This document shows, piece after piece, positions 42,056 through 52,701 of a stretch of 64,000 nucleotides of DNA. Position numbers and translations under genes: made by a program. The notes beneath the pieces are model-generated. The model did not search any database and was not told the DNA's origin. It saw only the letters and a program-made list of their open reading frames with translations. Within the stretch, counting starts at the first letter, position 1. The number at the start of each line of letters is the position of its first letter. This DNA is from an uncultured Bacillota bacterium. Lineage in GTDB: Bacteria; Bacillota_I; Bacilli_A; RFN20; CAG-288. The stretch is taken from assembly GCA_949299015.1 (NCBI GenBank), contig CASFYT010000006.1:16457-80456 (forward strand), written 5' to 3'.

Positions 42056-44302
42056 ATGAGAGAAGAATGGAAAGGCTTTGTCGGCGGCCATTACGAGACG
42101 GACGTCGACGTCCGCGACTTCATTCAGAGGAACTATCGTCCCTACGAAGGAGATGCCTCCTTCCTCGAGGGCCCCACCGAGGCGACCGACCGCCTCTGGA
42201 GCCGTCTCCAGGAGCTGCAGAAGGAAGAGCGCGCCAAGGGCGGCGTCCTCGACATGGAAGAGCACGTGGTCTCATCGATCAACGCCTACGGGCCGGCCTA
42301 TCTGTCGCCGGAAGGAAAGGGAGACGAGAAGGTCGTCGGCCTCCAGACGGACAAGCCGCTCAAGCGCGCCTTCATGCCCTATGGCGGCATCAAGATGGCC
42401 GAGGAAAGCCTGACGACCTACGGCTACCGCCCCGACCCGTCGCTTCACAAGATCTTCACGGAATACCACAAGACCCACAACCAGGGCGTCTTCGACGTCT
42501 ATACGCCGGAGATCCGCAAGGCGCGCCACAGCCACATCATCACCGGCCTTCCGGACACCTACGGAAGGGGCCGCATCGTCGGCGACTACCGTAGGGTCGC
42601 CCTCTACGGCATCGATTATCTCATCGCCAAGAAGAAGGAAGACTTCGCCAACACGGGTGACGGGACGATGACCGACGACGTCATCCGCCTCCGGGAGGAG
42701 ATCACCGATCAGATTCGGGCCCTGGAGGAGATGAAGAAGCTCGGACAGTCCTACGGATTCGACCTTTCCAAGCCGGCCAAGGATGCGCGCGAAGCCTTCC
42801 AGTGGCTCTACTTCGGATACCTCGCGGCCATCAAGACGCAGAACGGCGCCGCGATGAGCGTCGGCCGGATCTCGACATTCCTGGACATCTACGTCGAGCG
42901 GGACCTCGCCCGCGGAATCCTGACGGAGAAGGAGGCCCAGGAGCTCGTCGACCACCTCGTCATGAAGTTCCGCATGGTCAAGTTCGCCCGCATCCCGTCG
43001 TACAACCAGCTCTTCTCCGGGGACCCGGTCTGGGCCACCCTGGAAGTCGCCGGAATGGGGATGGACGGCCGCAGCATGGTTACCAAGAACGACTTCCGCT
43101 TCCTGCATACCCTGGAGAACATGGGCCCATCCCCGGAGCCGAACCTGACGGTCCTCTATTCGCAGCGCCTGCCGGAAAACTTCAAGAGATATGCCAGCCG
43201 CATCTCCATCCAGACCTCTTCCATCCAATACGAGAACGACGACGTCATGCGTCCGATCTGGAAGGACGACTACTCCATCTGCTGCTGCGTCTCGGCGACC
43301 GAGACCGGAAAGGAGATGCAGTTCTTCGGCGCCCGCGCCAACTTGGCCAAGTGCCTCCTGTATGCGCTCAACGGCGGCAAGGACGAGATGCTGAAGACGC
43401 AGGTCGGTCCGGAAATGGCTCCGGTCACGGGAGACGTCCTCGATTACGGGGAGGTCCTTCACAAGTTCGACCAGATGATGGACTGGCTCTCGGGCCTCTA
43501 CGTCAACGTCCTCAACGCCATCCACTACATGCATGACAAATATTATTATGAAGCGGCGGAGATGGCTTTGATCGATACCAACGTCCGGCGGACGTTTGCT
43601 ACCGGAATCGCAGGCTTCAGCCACGTCGTCGATTCCCTTTCCGCCATCAAGTATGCCAAGGTCCGTCCGATTCGGGACGAAGACGGCATCATCGTCGACT
43701 TCGACGTCGAAGGCGACTTCCCGCGGTACGGAAACGATGACGAGAGGGCGGACGAGATCGCCGTCGACCTCCTCAAGGCCTTCATGGGCAAGATCCGCAA
43801 GCACCACACCTATCGGAACTCGGAGCCGACGACCTCCATCCTGACCATCACCTCCAACGTCGTCTACGGCAAGGCGACCGGCGCCCTTCCCGACGGGCGC
43901 AAGAGGTCGGAACCCTTCGCCCCGGGAGCCAATCCTGCCTACGGCGCGGAGAAGAACGGCCTTCTGGCCTCGCTCAACTCGGTTGCCAAGCTCCCCTATG
44001 AGTATGCGCTCGACGGCATCTCCAACACTCAGACCATCAACCCTTCCGCCTTGGGGAAGACCCTGGAGGAACGCGTCGAGAAGCTGGTCCTGGTCCTCGA
44101 CGGATACTTCGTGAACGGAGGGCACCACCTCAACGTCAACGTCTTCGGAAAGGAAAAGCTGGTCGACTGCATGGAGCATCCGGAACGCCCGGAATACGCC
44201 AACTTCACCATCCGCGTCTCGGGCTACGCCGTCAAGTTCATCGACCTGACGAGGGAGCAGCAGCTCGACGTCATCTCCCGCACATGCCACGAAGTGCTCT
44301 AG
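42056..44302 (+). CDS. pflB: formate C-acetyltransferase (pyruvate formate-lyase)
   Basis: ICCCVSA (active-site Cys-Cys) and TIRVSGYAV (glycyl radical). ATG at 42056 follows AAAGGAG. Confidence 0.97.
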   Translation: MREEWKGFVGGHYETDVDVRDFIQRNYRPYEGDASFLEGPTEATDRLWSRLQELQKEERAKGGVLDMEEHVVSSINAYGPAYLSPEGKGDEKVVGLQTDKPLKRAFMPYGGIKMAEESLTTYGYRPDPSLHKIFTEYHKTHNQGVFDVYTPEIRKARHSHIITGLPDTYGRGRIVGDYRRVALYGIDYLIAKKKEDFANTGDGTMTDDVIRLREEITDQIRALEEMKKLGQSYGFDLSKPAKDAREAFQWLYFGYLAAIKTQNGAAMSVGRISTFLDIYVERDLARGILTEKEAQELVDHLVMKFRMVKFARIPSYNQLFSGDPVWATLEVAGMGMDGRSMVTKNDFRFLHTLENMGPSPEPNLTVLYSQRLPENFKRYASRISIQTSSIQYENDDVMRPIWKDDYSICCCVSATETGKEMQFFGARANLAKCLLYALNGGKDEMLKTQVGPEMAPVTGDVLDYGEVLHKFDQMMDWLSGLYVNVLNAIHYMHDKYYYEAAEMALIDTNVRRTFATGIAGFSHVVDSLSAIKYAKVRPIRDEDGIIVDFDVEGDFPRYGNDDERADEIAVDLLKAFMGKIRKHHTYRNSEPTTSILTITSNVVYGKATGALPDGRKRSEPFAPGANPAYGAEKNGLLASLNSVAKLPYEYALDGISNTQTINPSALGKTLEERVEKLVLVLDGYFVNGGHHLNVNVFGKEKLVDCMEHPERPEYANFTIRVSGYAVKFIDLTREQQLDVISRTCHEVL

Positions 44303-45021
44303 GACGCGCCTTCTCCGTCGAGACCTTCGGATCGGTCGACGGCCCCGGACTGCGCTTCGTCCTCTTCCTGACGGGCTGTCCCTTCCATTGCCTGTATTGT
44401 CACAACCCCGAGTGCTGGAGCGGCGCCGACTCCTTCGAGGTCACGGCGCAGGAGGTCCTTCAGAAGGCCCTCCGCTATCGTTCCTACTGGGGGAGGGAAG
44501 GAGGACTGACCGTCAGCGGAGGCGAACCGCTTCTGCAGATGGACTTCCTTCTGGAGCTTTTCCCCCTCTTCCAGGAAAGGGGGATCTCGACCTGCATCGA
44601 CACCTCCCTGGCGCCCTTCACGAAGGAGGAACCCTTCTTCTCCCGCTTCCGGTCGCTGATGGAGAGGACCGACCTGCTTTTGGTCGACGTCAAGGAGATG
44701 GACGAGGAAAGGCATGTCCGCCTGACGGGAAGGGGGAACGCCAACGTCCTCGAGGGGATCCGCTACCTGGATTCGATCGGAAAGAAGATCTGGATCCGTC
44801 ACGTCCTCGTCCCGGGCTACACGGACTTCGACGAAGACCTTCGCGCCCTGCGCTCGTTCCTCGATTCCCTCCACAACGTCGAACGGGTGGAGGTCCTTCC
44901 CTACCATAGCCTGGCCCTCGGAAAGTATCGGAAGCTTCAGCTCCCCTATCCGCTGGAAGGCGTTCCCTCGCCCACAAGGGAGAGGATCGACAACGCCCGG
45001 CGCATTCTCGGGGCGATCTGA
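44284..45021 (+). CDS. pflA: pyruvate formate-lyase activating enzyme
   Basis: [13 protein letters not shown] and [12 protein letters not shown] (radical SAM CxxxCxxC). Confidence 0.95.
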   Translation: MPRSALGRAFSVETFGSVDGPGLRFVLFLTGCPFHCLYCHNPECWSGADSFEVTAQEVLQKALRYRSYWGREGGLTVSGGEPLLQMDFLLELFPLFQERGISTCIDTSLAPFTKEEPFFSRFRSLMERTDLLLVDVKEMDEERHVRLTGRGNANVLEGIRYLDSIGKKIWIRHVLVPGYTDFDEDLRALRSFLDSLHNVERVEVLPYHSLALGKYRKLQLPYPLEGVPSPTRERIDNARRILGAI

Positions 45022-45034
45022 GCTTTGCCGGCCT

Positions 45035-45067
45035 GGCCCCTTCGTCGGAAGGCGAGGGGCCTTTTCT
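45035..45067 (+). terminator. rho-independent terminator of pflA
   Basis: GGCCCCTTCG...CGAGGGGCC followed by TTTTCT. Confidence 0.8.
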
Positions 45068-45209
45068 CTGCGGGAGGAAGGCATAGAAGAAGCGCAACGC
45101 CGATTTGAAGCCCTGCGCCGCCCGTTCCTCGGAAGCGGCCTTTCCTCGGCGGGAGAACCGGAGGAGAAAAGTTGTATAATGGAAAGAAAGCTCGAAAAGG
45201 AGGAGAACG

Positions 45210-47258
45210 ATGAACAAACGAAGAATTCTTCTGCCGGTCGTGGCGGCACTCCCGCTTCTGGCTTCCTGTTCCGAGGCCAGCGGCGTTTCCTCGACGTCCT
45301 CGTCCTCTCCCCTTCCCGTCCTCCTTCACGAGAACTATCGTCGGGAGGGGACCTTTTCGATGCAGCTCGGCCTTTCAATCGCCGGCATCCAGGGCGTGGA
45401 GCAGCTCTATGAGAGTCCCATCTCCCTGGACTACCAGGTCGACGAACGGAAGAATTACGGACCCAGCGCCTCCTTCGAGATCCGTCCCTACGACCTCGAC
45501 GGAACGCAAGAGGAACGATTGGACCAGGCCAACCGGAATCGGTCGGTCCTCCATGCCCTCTTCTCCGGAACCTCGACCCTCCTGGACGCCCTGGAGCAGG
45601 ATCCGGGATTCCTTCCCGTCCTGGCCGACCGCTATTCCGGCTCGTTTGAGGACAGCGGGCAGATTCCCGACGAGACGTTCGCCTTCCAGACCTTCGACTC
45701 GCTCACCTACGTCGTCGATACGACCCGGGAGGACGGCAAGGACGTCCTCCGCTTCCTGGCGGCGCAGGAAGAGACGGACGACGGAGGGCTGAACATCGAT
45801 TTTACGAACCTGCAGATCGACGTCCCCGCCCTTCTTCACTATCTTCAGGACCTTCTTCCGGGAGAGGCGGTGCTCCGGCCCATCTTCGCCACGGTCGGGG
45901 ACGTGGTCCAGTTCCTGGCCAACGGCCTTTCCCTCCGCCTTTCGACGCCCTCCGCGGAAGAGACAAAGATCACCCTCTTCCTCAACGAGGAGGGAAGGAC
46001 GACGCTTTCCCGTTCCCTGAGCAATGCCCTCGGGACGACGATCCTGGAAGGCCTGAGCATCGGAGAGATGAGCCTTTCGGTCTCGCTCTTCGACGACGAG
46101 ACGCTGTTTAACCAGCTGGAAAGCTGCCACGTCGACTTTTCCCTGACCCTGCCGCAGGCCTCCCTGGACCTCGACATCGAGGCGGAGTTGGAAAGGGAGC
46201 ACGAGAGGATCGAGGACGACCGCTTCGACGCCTTCCCACAGGACATGGAACAGAAGATGGCGGTCTGCGCCGAGGTCCAGGACTTCTACGATGCCGTCAC
46301 GGACGTGATCCCCTGGCAGGATGAGATTCTCGGAGAAGGGAGCGTCGATCCCCAGAAGGTCGACCTCTCCCATGCTGCCGTCGCGCAGATGCAGGAACAG
46401 GCCGAAAAGTACTTCGCCTTCTCCGAGGAGGGAAAGGCGCTGCTCGGAAGCCGCTTCCAGGAGGCGTCAAGCAGCGAAAGCCTGTCGAACATTCTTCTTT
46501 CCGCTCATCAGGAAGGTGTCGATGCCATCGATCGGCTTCGAGAGCGATTTGCGGAACTCGAAGATGGATTGACGGATGACAATTATCAATCGATCTATCA
46601 GGATGTTGCATCGTATATGAACTGGGAACAAGGGATGAGGGACTACGGTGCCCAAGAGGAAATGGAAGCCTTCGATACCTATCGACAAGACCGGATGGAC
46701 CGGGTGGAACTCGCCTTGCAGGAAGCCCGCCCGGCCTTCGACGCCTTCGTTTCGAATCCCGGCGAAGACAATCTGGACACGGCCGTTTCCCTCTGCCAGG
46801 AAATCGACGACCTCCTCTCGCTGGACTCCCGCTACCTGACGGGCGACATCCAGGATCGTCAGCAGGCGCTTTCGGAAGCCTACCAAGAGGAGACCCAACC
46901 CTTGGCGGAGGCCTACCATCAGTACTTCGCTGCGCTGCTTCCTTCCCTGGACTACGAAGGCCTGAGTTCCCTGGCGGCCACGCCGGCCGTCTCCCATTCG
47001 GCCTTCTATTCCGTCGACGCCCTCTCGGAGGCGGAGCGCGAGACGATTTCCTCCCTGCTGAGGGGAGAGGCGCAGCGCCTGAAGCAGAATCTTCTGGACC
47101 ATTCCTCCTCCTACGCCGACCTCGAGCAGCAATACCTGGCGGACCAGCAGAGCCTTGCGACGCTGGAGGAGACGGAGCGCAGCCTCCTTTCGACGACCCG
47201 CTATGCCTCGGACTGCAAAGACTTCAAGGTCGAGCTGGAATCGATCCTCCGTTCCTGA
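45210..47258 (+). CDS. large acidic lipoprotein (paralogue of 29591-31783)
   Basis: MNKRRILLPVVAALPLLASC (lipobox) with a short Ser-rich linker. TATAAT and AAGGAGG lie upstream. Blocks shared with the paralogue include NYRR(S/E)G, IP(E/D)ET, LRPI..., LFxD(G/D)E and LDLD. Confidence 0.85.
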   Translation: MNKRRILLPVVAALPLLASCSEASGVSSTSSSSPLPVLLHENYRREGTFSMQLGLSIAGIQGVEQLYESPISLDYQVDERKNYGPSASFEIRPYDLDGTQEERLDQANRNRSVLHALFSGTSTLLDALEQDPGFLPVLADRYSGSFEDSGQIPDETFAFQTFDSLTYVVDTTREDGKDVLRFLAAQEETDDGGLNIDFTNLQIDVPALLHYLQDLLPGEAVLRPIFATVGDVVQFLANGLSLRLSTPSAEETKITLFLNEEGRTTLSRSLSNALGTTILEGLSIGEMSLSVSLFDDETLFNQLESCHVDFSLTLPQASLDLDIEAELEREHERIEDDRFDAFPQDMEQKMAVCAEVQDFYDAVTDVIPWQDEILGEGSVDPQKVDLSHAAVAQMQEQAEKYFAFSEEGKALLGSRFQEASSSESLSNILLSAHQEGVDAIDRLRERFAELEDGLTDDNYQSIYQDVASYMNWEQGMRDYGAQEEMEAFDTYRQDRMDRVELALQEARPAFDAFVSNPGEDNLDTAVSLCQEIDDLLSLDSRYLTGDIQDRQQALSEAYQEETQPLAEAYHQYFAALLPSLDYEGLSSLAATPAVSHSAFYSVDALSEAERETISSLLRGEAQRLKQNLLDHSSSYADLEQQYLADQQSLATLEETERSLLSTTRYASDCKDFKVELESILRS

Positions 47259-47313
47259 TCGTCGTTCTTCCGCTTTCCTTGGAAACTGCTATAATCCTGT
47301 GTTGGTGAAAAAC

Positions 47314-47676
47314 ATGGAAACGAGTCTCACGATTGAAGAGAGGATCCAGAACGTCCTCGAAAAGCTCCGGCCGTTCCTTCAGCGGGAAGGCGGGGACATC
47401 CGCCTGGAGCGGTACGATGCCCAGACGGGCATCTGCTATGTCGACATGATCGGGGCCTGCGCCGGATGCGTGATGGCCTCCACGGACGTCTCGGAATCCG
47501 TCGAGGTGATGGTCCTTGACGAGGTTCCCGAAGTCAAGAAGGTCGAGCTTGTCGCCCCCAAGGCCGAGCCCTCCTTCGACGACCTCCTTCGGCGCCTTGC
47601 CGAGCAGCAGCTGGCGGAAGAAGACCTCCGTCGCCAGCAGGCGGAAGGGAAGGATGGAACCGGCGGAGAGAAGTAG
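47314..47676 (+). CDS. NifU C-terminal (Nfu)-domain protein 1
   Basis: LRPFLQREGGDIRL...GACAGC is the CxxC motif. It has a charged ~40-aa tail. Confidence 0.85.
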   Translation: METSLTIEERIQNVLEKLRPFLQREGGDIRLERYDAQTGICYVDMIGACAGCVMASTDVSESVEVMVLDEVPEVKKVELVAPKAEPSFDDLLRRLAEQQLAEEDLRRQQAEGKDGTGGEK

Positions 47677-47926
47677 GGAGGAGTTCCTTCTCCTGCAGAA
47701 GGCCGAGCGGATCCTCTCCCAGGTCCGCCCCTTCTTCCAGAGGGAGGGGAGCCGGCTCTCCATCAAGGACTGCCGCGAGGGGACGCTCACCATCGTCGTC
47801 TCCGGCGCCTGCGTCGGCTGCGCCCTTGCGACGCAGGACCTCGGCGACGTGACCAGGCTCCTTCAGGAGGAACTTCCCGAGGTGAAGAAGGTCTGTTACG
47901 TGAATCCCTATGGCCTCCCGATTTGA
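47654..47926 (+). CDS. NifU C-terminal (Nfu)-domain protein 2
   Basis: VRPFFQREGSRLSI...GACVGC is the CxxC motif. It overlaps the previous gene by 23 nt. Confidence 0.8.
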   Translation: MEPAERSREEFLLLQKAERILSQVRPFFQREGSRLSIKDCREGTLTIVVSGACVGCALATQDLGDVTRLLQEELPEVKKVCYVNPYGLPI

Positions 47927-47987
47927 GGGGCCATTTTTCTGTTCTTTCCGCCTGGCTGTGCTACAATCTTCCTGCGAGGTATTCATT

Positions 47988-48632
47988 ATGGAAGAAAACA
48001 AGCCGATTCTTGTCGAGACGAGCGCCCACCACATCCACGTCACCCAGGAGACCCTGGAGAAGCTCTTTGGCGAAGGCTTCCAGCTGGAGGTCCGCAAGAT
48101 GCTTTCCCAGCCGGGGCAGTTCGCTTCCAACCAGCGCCTGGACGTCGTCTATCATGCGACCGTCAAGGACAAGAAGACGGGCGAGCTCGTCCAGAAGGAC
48201 TTCACGCTGAAGAACCTTTCCATCCTGGGGCCGGTGCGCAGCGGAAATCAGGTCGAAATCTCCCTGACCGAAGCAAGGTCCATCAAGGCCAATGTTCCGA
48301 TTCGCGAGAGCGGTGATACGAAGGGAAGCGCTCCTTTCACGCTGGTCAATCCTCTCAACGGAAATAAAGTTGATTGTGAAGAGGGCATGATTGTCGCCAA
48401 GCGTCATATCCACATGACGCCGGAAGATGCCGCCCAGTACGGCGTCAAGAACGGCGACATCGTCGCTGTCAAGGTCCTTTCGGCGAACGGACGCAGCGCC
48501 ATCCTGGGCGATGTCGTCATCCGCGTCAGCGAGAAGTATGCCCTGGCGATGCACATCGACACGGACGAATCCAACGCCCTCGGCGGCAATGCCGTCGGCG
48601 TGACGGGGACGATTGTCAAAGAGGCCTTCTGA
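47988..48632 (+). CDS. pduL: phosphate propanoyl/acetyl-transferase PduL
   Basis: Two PduL repeats are present (SAHHIHVTQETLEKLFG and AKRHIHMTPEDAAQYG). TACAAT and GAGGT lie upstream. Confidence 0.92.
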   Translation: MEENKPILVETSAHHIHVTQETLEKLFGEGFQLEVRKMLSQPGQFASNQRLDVVYHATVKDKKTGELVQKDFTLKNLSILGPVRSGNQVEISLTEARSIKANVPIRESGDTKGSAPFTLVNPLNGNKVDCEEGMIVAKRHIHMTPEDAAQYGVKNGDIVAVKVLSANGRSAILGDVVIRVSEKYALAMHIDTDESNALGGNAVGVTGTIVKEAF

Positions 48633-49573
48633 TGCCGAACCTCCTCACCCATTACCGCCTCGTCAAAAGACTCTTTTCGGAGGAGGTCGACGGGAAGATC
48701 AACCCGCCTCCCTCCTTCCTGGACGGGAACTTCGACGCCCTGGCCCTTGGAGCCCAGGGCCCCGATCCCCTTTTCTTCTACCCCCTCTCCGGTCATTTCG
48801 TCGTCGCTCTCCGCGCCTACGGCAGCGTTCTCCACGACAGCGACGGGAAGAAGCTTTTCCGCCTCCTGCTGAAGGCTTCCTACGCCATCGACGACCCTCG
48901 GGAGCTGGCCCGCTTCCGTTCCTTCGTCCTCGGCCAGTTCGCCCATTACCTGCTCGACCGGGAATGCCATCCCTTCGTCTTCTATCAGTCGGGATTCGAT
49001 CGCGAGGGAAGGATCACGGGAAAGTACCACTTCCGGCATACGTTCCTGGAGAGTCAGATCGACGTCGTGATGGCCCGGAAGTTCCACATGGACTACTTCC
49101 TCGAACATCCGGAAGACGTCCTGTCGCAGGATCCCTTCGTCCTCTCCGCCATCTGCAAGAACTTCGCCGGCACGCTCTCCCAGTACTTCGAGGGGAGAAG
49201 CATCCCGCGCGGAATCTACGGGACGTCCGTGAAGAAGATGCGTGCGGCCGTCCGCTTTGCCAACCGACATCCCGACTTCAACCGGACCTTCTTCCGCTGG
49301 AGTTCCCTCGGCGGGCTCTCCATGCCGCGGAAGGTCGAGGAGGACGTCCTCAACGAGCGCCACCTCCCTTGGCGCGACCCGGTCGACGGGTCCGAGCGGA
49401 GCGAATCCTTCCTGAACCTTTTCAACCAGGCCTACGACCAGCTCCGCGAAGTCTATCACCTTCTTCTCGAAAGGGGTTACAACTACGAAGTCTTCCAGAG
49501 CTTCCTCAACGGCAGGGACTACGACGGAAAGATTCTCGGGACGACGATGCGGTACAAGAAGCCGGAAGAATGA
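48632..49573 (+). CDS. zinc-dependent phospholipase C-like family protein (function unknown)
   Basis: MPNLLTHYRL...GAQGPDPLFF...SVLHD...FAHYLLDRECHP is a His/Asp-rich PLC-like pattern. TGATG junction with pduL. Confidence 0.65.
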   Translation: MPNLLTHYRLVKRLFSEEVDGKINPPPSFLDGNFDALALGAQGPDPLFFYPLSGHFVVALRAYGSVLHDSDGKKLFRLLLKASYAIDDPRELARFRSFVLGQFAHYLLDRECHPFVFYQSGFDREGRITGKYHFRHTFLESQIDVVMARKFHMDYFLEHPEDVLSQDPFVLSAICKNFAGTLSQYFEGRSIPRGIYGTSVKKMRAAVRFANRHPDFNRTFFRWSSLGGLSMPRKVEEDVLNERHLPWRDPVDGSERSESFLNLFNQAYDQLREVYHLLLERGYNYEVFQSFLNGRDYDGKILGTTMRYKKPEE

Positions 49574-49583
49574 TGGAAACGAA

Positions 49584-49604
49584 AGGGGCCAACGCCCCTT
49601 TTTT
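49584..49604 (+). terminator. rho-independent terminator
   Basis: GGGGC-CAAC-GCCCC followed by T6. Confidence 0.85.
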
Positions 49605-49693
49605 CGAGTCGGAAGGAGATTTCCGTTTTTTCGCATTTTTGGTGTTTCTTCTTTTCTCTTCTTCGTCTATAATTTCTGATGAGGTTATAAGCA

Positions 49694-51007
49694 ATGGGTC
49701 TACATTTTTTGAAAACGGCTCTCTCGCTTCCGATTCCGGAACACAAGGAAGCGACGGAGGGCTACCCGTACGAGGAGTTCCAACCAGATTTCGTCTATCT
49801 TCCTGCTGTCGATAACCGCAACAACCCCCTGAAAGGCCTTCTTCCGATTGGAACGGAGGTCCTCAAGGGCACCCTTCTGGGGACGGGAGTCGACGATTTT
49901 CCGACCTATTCGTCGGTCTCCGGACGCATCGTGGCGCGAAAGCACATGATGATGGCGGACGGAAAGGTTCGGGAATGCTATGAGATTGCCAACGACAAAC
50001 TCAGCCGATGGCAGCTGCGGCCGGCCCTTCCCGAGGCGGGGAAGTGCTCCAAAGAGGAAATCCTCTCCGCCATCAAGGAATCCGGCGCGGTCGGATTCGG
50101 CGGGGCGGGATTCCCGACCTACCGCAAGTACAACTCCAACAAGCCGGTCGAGGCCATCATCGTCAACGCCATCGAATGCGAACCCTACCTGACCACCGAC
50201 TACAACTATGGTCGGCGGAACATGGGAGAAGTGTTCATGGCCATCCCCTACCTCCTGCGCCTGACGGGAGCCAAGAAGGTCTACGTCGCCGTCAAGAAGG
50301 ACCGCGACGAATTGATCGAGGCCGTTCGGACCGAGATGGCCCTTCCGGCCAACAAGGCCCTTCCCGTCTCGCTCAAGATCCTTCCGGACCGCTATCCGAT
50401 GGGCTATGAGCGCTCCCTCGTCCGCGCCATCCTTCATAAGGAATACCAGGCCCTGCCGATCGAGGTCGGATGCATCGTCAACAACCTCTATACGGTCATG
50501 GCCTTGGCCCGCCGTTTCGTCTTCGGCGAAGTCGTCGCCGATAGGTGCGTCACCGTCAGCGGCGAAGTCAGCGAGCCCAAGGACGTCGTCGTTCCGGCCG
50601 GTACGCTGGCCAGCGACCTGATCAACTGCGCCGGCGGACCGAAGATCTCGCACTTCAAGCTGGTCTCGGGTGGCCCGATGTGCGGCTCCGCCCACGATTC
50701 GGATTACGTCCTCCAGGCCCAGTGCAACGGCGTCCTCCTCTTCGCCCCTGCCTCCGTGGAACCGGAACCCTGCTGGCATTGCGGCAAGTGCATCGACAAC
50801 TGCCCGATGGGACTGCAGCCGGTCCAGATCCAGATGGCCCTCAAGGCCAACAACGTCGACCGTCTTCTCAAGCTCAATGCGGCCGTCTGCATCAACTGCG
50901 GGCTGTGCTCCTTCGTCTGCCCGAGCAAGATCGACGTCTCCGACAACGTCCAGAAGGCCAAGGCCCTGCTGATGAAGCAGGCGCCCCGGCAGAAAGGAGC
51001 CAAGTGA
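49694..51007 (+). CDS. rnfC: Rnf complex subunit C (NADH/FMN, 2x[4Fe-4S])
   Basis: Motifs GFGGAGFPTYRKY, NAIECEPYLTTD, GGPMCG, CWHCGKCIDNCP and CINCGLCSFVCP. Confidence 0.93.
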   Translation: MGLHFLKTALSLPIPEHKEATEGYPYEEFQPDFVYLPAVDNRNNPLKGLLPIGTEVLKGTLLGTGVDDFPTYSSVSGRIVARKHMMMADGKVRECYEIANDKLSRWQLRPALPEAGKCSKEEILSAIKESGAVGFGGAGFPTYRKYNSNKPVEAIIVNAIECEPYLTTDYNYGRRNMGEVFMAIPYLLRLTGAKKVYVAVKKDRDELIEAVRTEMALPANKALPVSLKILPDRYPMGYERSLVRAILHKEYQALPIEVGCIVNNLYTVMALARRFVFGEVVADRCVTVSGEVSEPKDVVVPAGTLASDLINCAGGPKISHFKLVSGGPMCGSAHDSDYVLQAQCNGVLLFAPASVEPEPCWHCGKCIDNCPMGLQPVQIQMALKANNVDRLLKLNAAVCINCGLCSFVCPSKIDVSDNVQKAKALLMKQAPRQKGAK

Positions 51008-51008
51008 G

Positions 51009-52190
51009 ATGAACACGCTCGTCTTTGAAAAGGGTCCGCATCTCCGTTCCCGGAACAAGACGTCCCGGATGATGGTGGAGTTCTTCGTCACCCTCGTCAT
51101 CCTCTATGCCTGTGCCGTTGCCTTCTACTTCGTCAAGGGAGGTCCCTCGGACGAATACAGCAACGTCATCTACGGCCTCATGGCGCTCCAGAACGGCGCG
51201 ATGGGCGTCGGATTCGCCATGGTGGCGGACCTCATCTGGTACTTCCCCTACCTCTTCAAGAAGGACGAAAAGGGCAACCCGGTGGGTCGCTATCTGAAGA
51301 AGGTCCTGAAATCCTATTCCTTCGTGACGGGATTGATTCTCGTCCTTCTGCTGCCGATCGGCCTGGAGTGGTGGGAAATCGCCATCACCTCCTTCCTTTC
51401 GGTCTTCGTCGGAAAGCTCGTCTTCGGCGGATTCGGATCCAACATCCTCAATCCGGCCATCTTCGGCCGTCTCTTCGCTCAGCTCGCCTTCTCTTCCCAC
51501 ATGACGACCTATCTGGGGAACATCGCTCCCGAGGGCTATGGCCAGGTTATCACCGCGGGTGCGACGATTCCGGGCCTTGTCAACGGCGGCACCTTCATGG
51601 TGACCGAGAAGATCTCCTTCTGGAACATGGTCCTGGGCAACTACTACGGCACCCTGGGCGAGACCTTTGCCCTGATCATCGTCATCCTGGGAATCTACCT
51701 CGTCCTCCGCGGCATCATCGACTGGCGCGTTCCCTTCTTCTATTGCGCCTCCCTCTTCTTCAGCTACGGCGTGATGTTCCTCCTGGGCGGCCAGGATGCG
51801 CGCGAGGGCTTTGAGCTCGCGGCTCGTCAGGTCATGATGGGCGGCGTGCTCTTCGGTGGCGTGTTCTGTCTGACCGACCCGGTGACCTCTCCCACGAGCA
51901 AGTCGGGCCGCATCATCTTCTCCCTGATGGCGGCCATCCTCACGATGGTCATCCGCCTCTTCACCAACTCGGCGGAGGGCGTCGCCTACTCGATCCTGAT
52001 CATGAACCTTCTCGTCCCCCTCATCGACCGCTGCCTCACGGGAAGGACGCTGCACAACTGGGGAGCCTCCCTGGCCATCCTCGTCTGCCTCGCCGGCGTC
52101 TTTGCCGTCGGCGTCGGCTACGGAATGACGGGTACCTTCGACTTTGCCAAGAGCCCTTCCTTTGTCTCGAGCATCAAGGAGGTCTTCTGA
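51009..52190 (+). CDS. rnfD: Rnf complex subunit D
   Basis: Polytopic membrane protein. ITAGATIPG is the (S/T)GAT FMN-threonine motif, and LTDPVTSP is also present. Confidence 0.9.
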   Translation: MNTLVFEKGPHLRSRNKTSRMMVEFFVTLVILYACAVAFYFVKGGPSDEYSNVIYGLMALQNGAMGVGFAMVADLIWYFPYLFKKDEKGNPVGRYLKKVLKSYSFVTGLILVLLLPIGLEWWEIAITSFLSVFVGKLVFGGFGSNILNPAIFGRLFAQLAFSSHMTTYLGNIAPEGYGQVITAGATIPGLVNGGTFMVTEKISFWNMVLGNYYGTLGETFALIIVILGIYLVLRGIIDWRVPFFYCASLFFSYGVMFLLGGQDAREGFELAARQVMMGGVLFGGVFCLTDPVTSPTSKSGRIIFSLMAAILTMVIRLFTNSAEGVAYSILIMNLLVPLIDRCLTGRTLHNWGASLAILVCLAGVFAVGVGYGMTGTFDFAKSPSFVSSIKEVF

Positions 52191-52191
52191 C

Positions 52192-52695
52192 ATGAACAAA
52201 GCGATTTCCAAGACCCTTGTCGCCGTCCTGACGACGGCCTGCTGCGTCGGCGCCGTCGTGGGATGCTACTTCGGCCTCCACGAGAAGATCGAGGCGAACA
52301 CTCCGGAAGCGCCGGCGACGATCGCCGCGATCTTCCCCGATTACGCTTCCGCCACGGAGCTCCAGGACTACGATTCGGAATACATCCGCTCCTGCTATGA
52401 CGTCGAGACGGCCGACGACCAGCAAGGCTATTACTACGAGCTGGTCTCGGCGATGGGTCGCTCGGGCACGCTCGAGTTCGCCATCGGCGTCGTCGACGGG
52501 ACGGTCACGAACTATGCCTTCCTCGATGCCGGTTCGGAAGATGCGATGGGCGTCGCGATGGCCCAGGAACAGGCGGCCGATCTCTTCATCGGCTACACGA
52601 TGGATTCGACGGACGTCGTCGCGGGCGTCACGATGACGTCTCAGGCCATGGCCACGGCCATCCGTGCGGCGTTGACGGATGCCCAAGGGAGGTGA
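52192..52695 (+). CDS. rnfG: Rnf complex subunit G (extracytoplasmic FMN-binding domain)
   Basis: N-terminal TM segment. DVVAGVTMTSQA matches the Dxx(S/A)G(A/V)T flavinylation motif. Confidence 0.88.
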   Translation: MNKAISKTLVAVLTTACCVGAVVGCYFGLHEKIEANTPEAPATIAAIFPDYASATELQDYDSEYIRSCYDVETADDQQGYYYELVSAMGRSGTLEFAIGVVDGTVTNYAFLDAGSEDAMGVAMAQEQAADLFIGYTMDSTDVVAGVTMTSQAMATAIRAALTDAQGR

Positions 52696-52701
52696 GGACA
52701 A

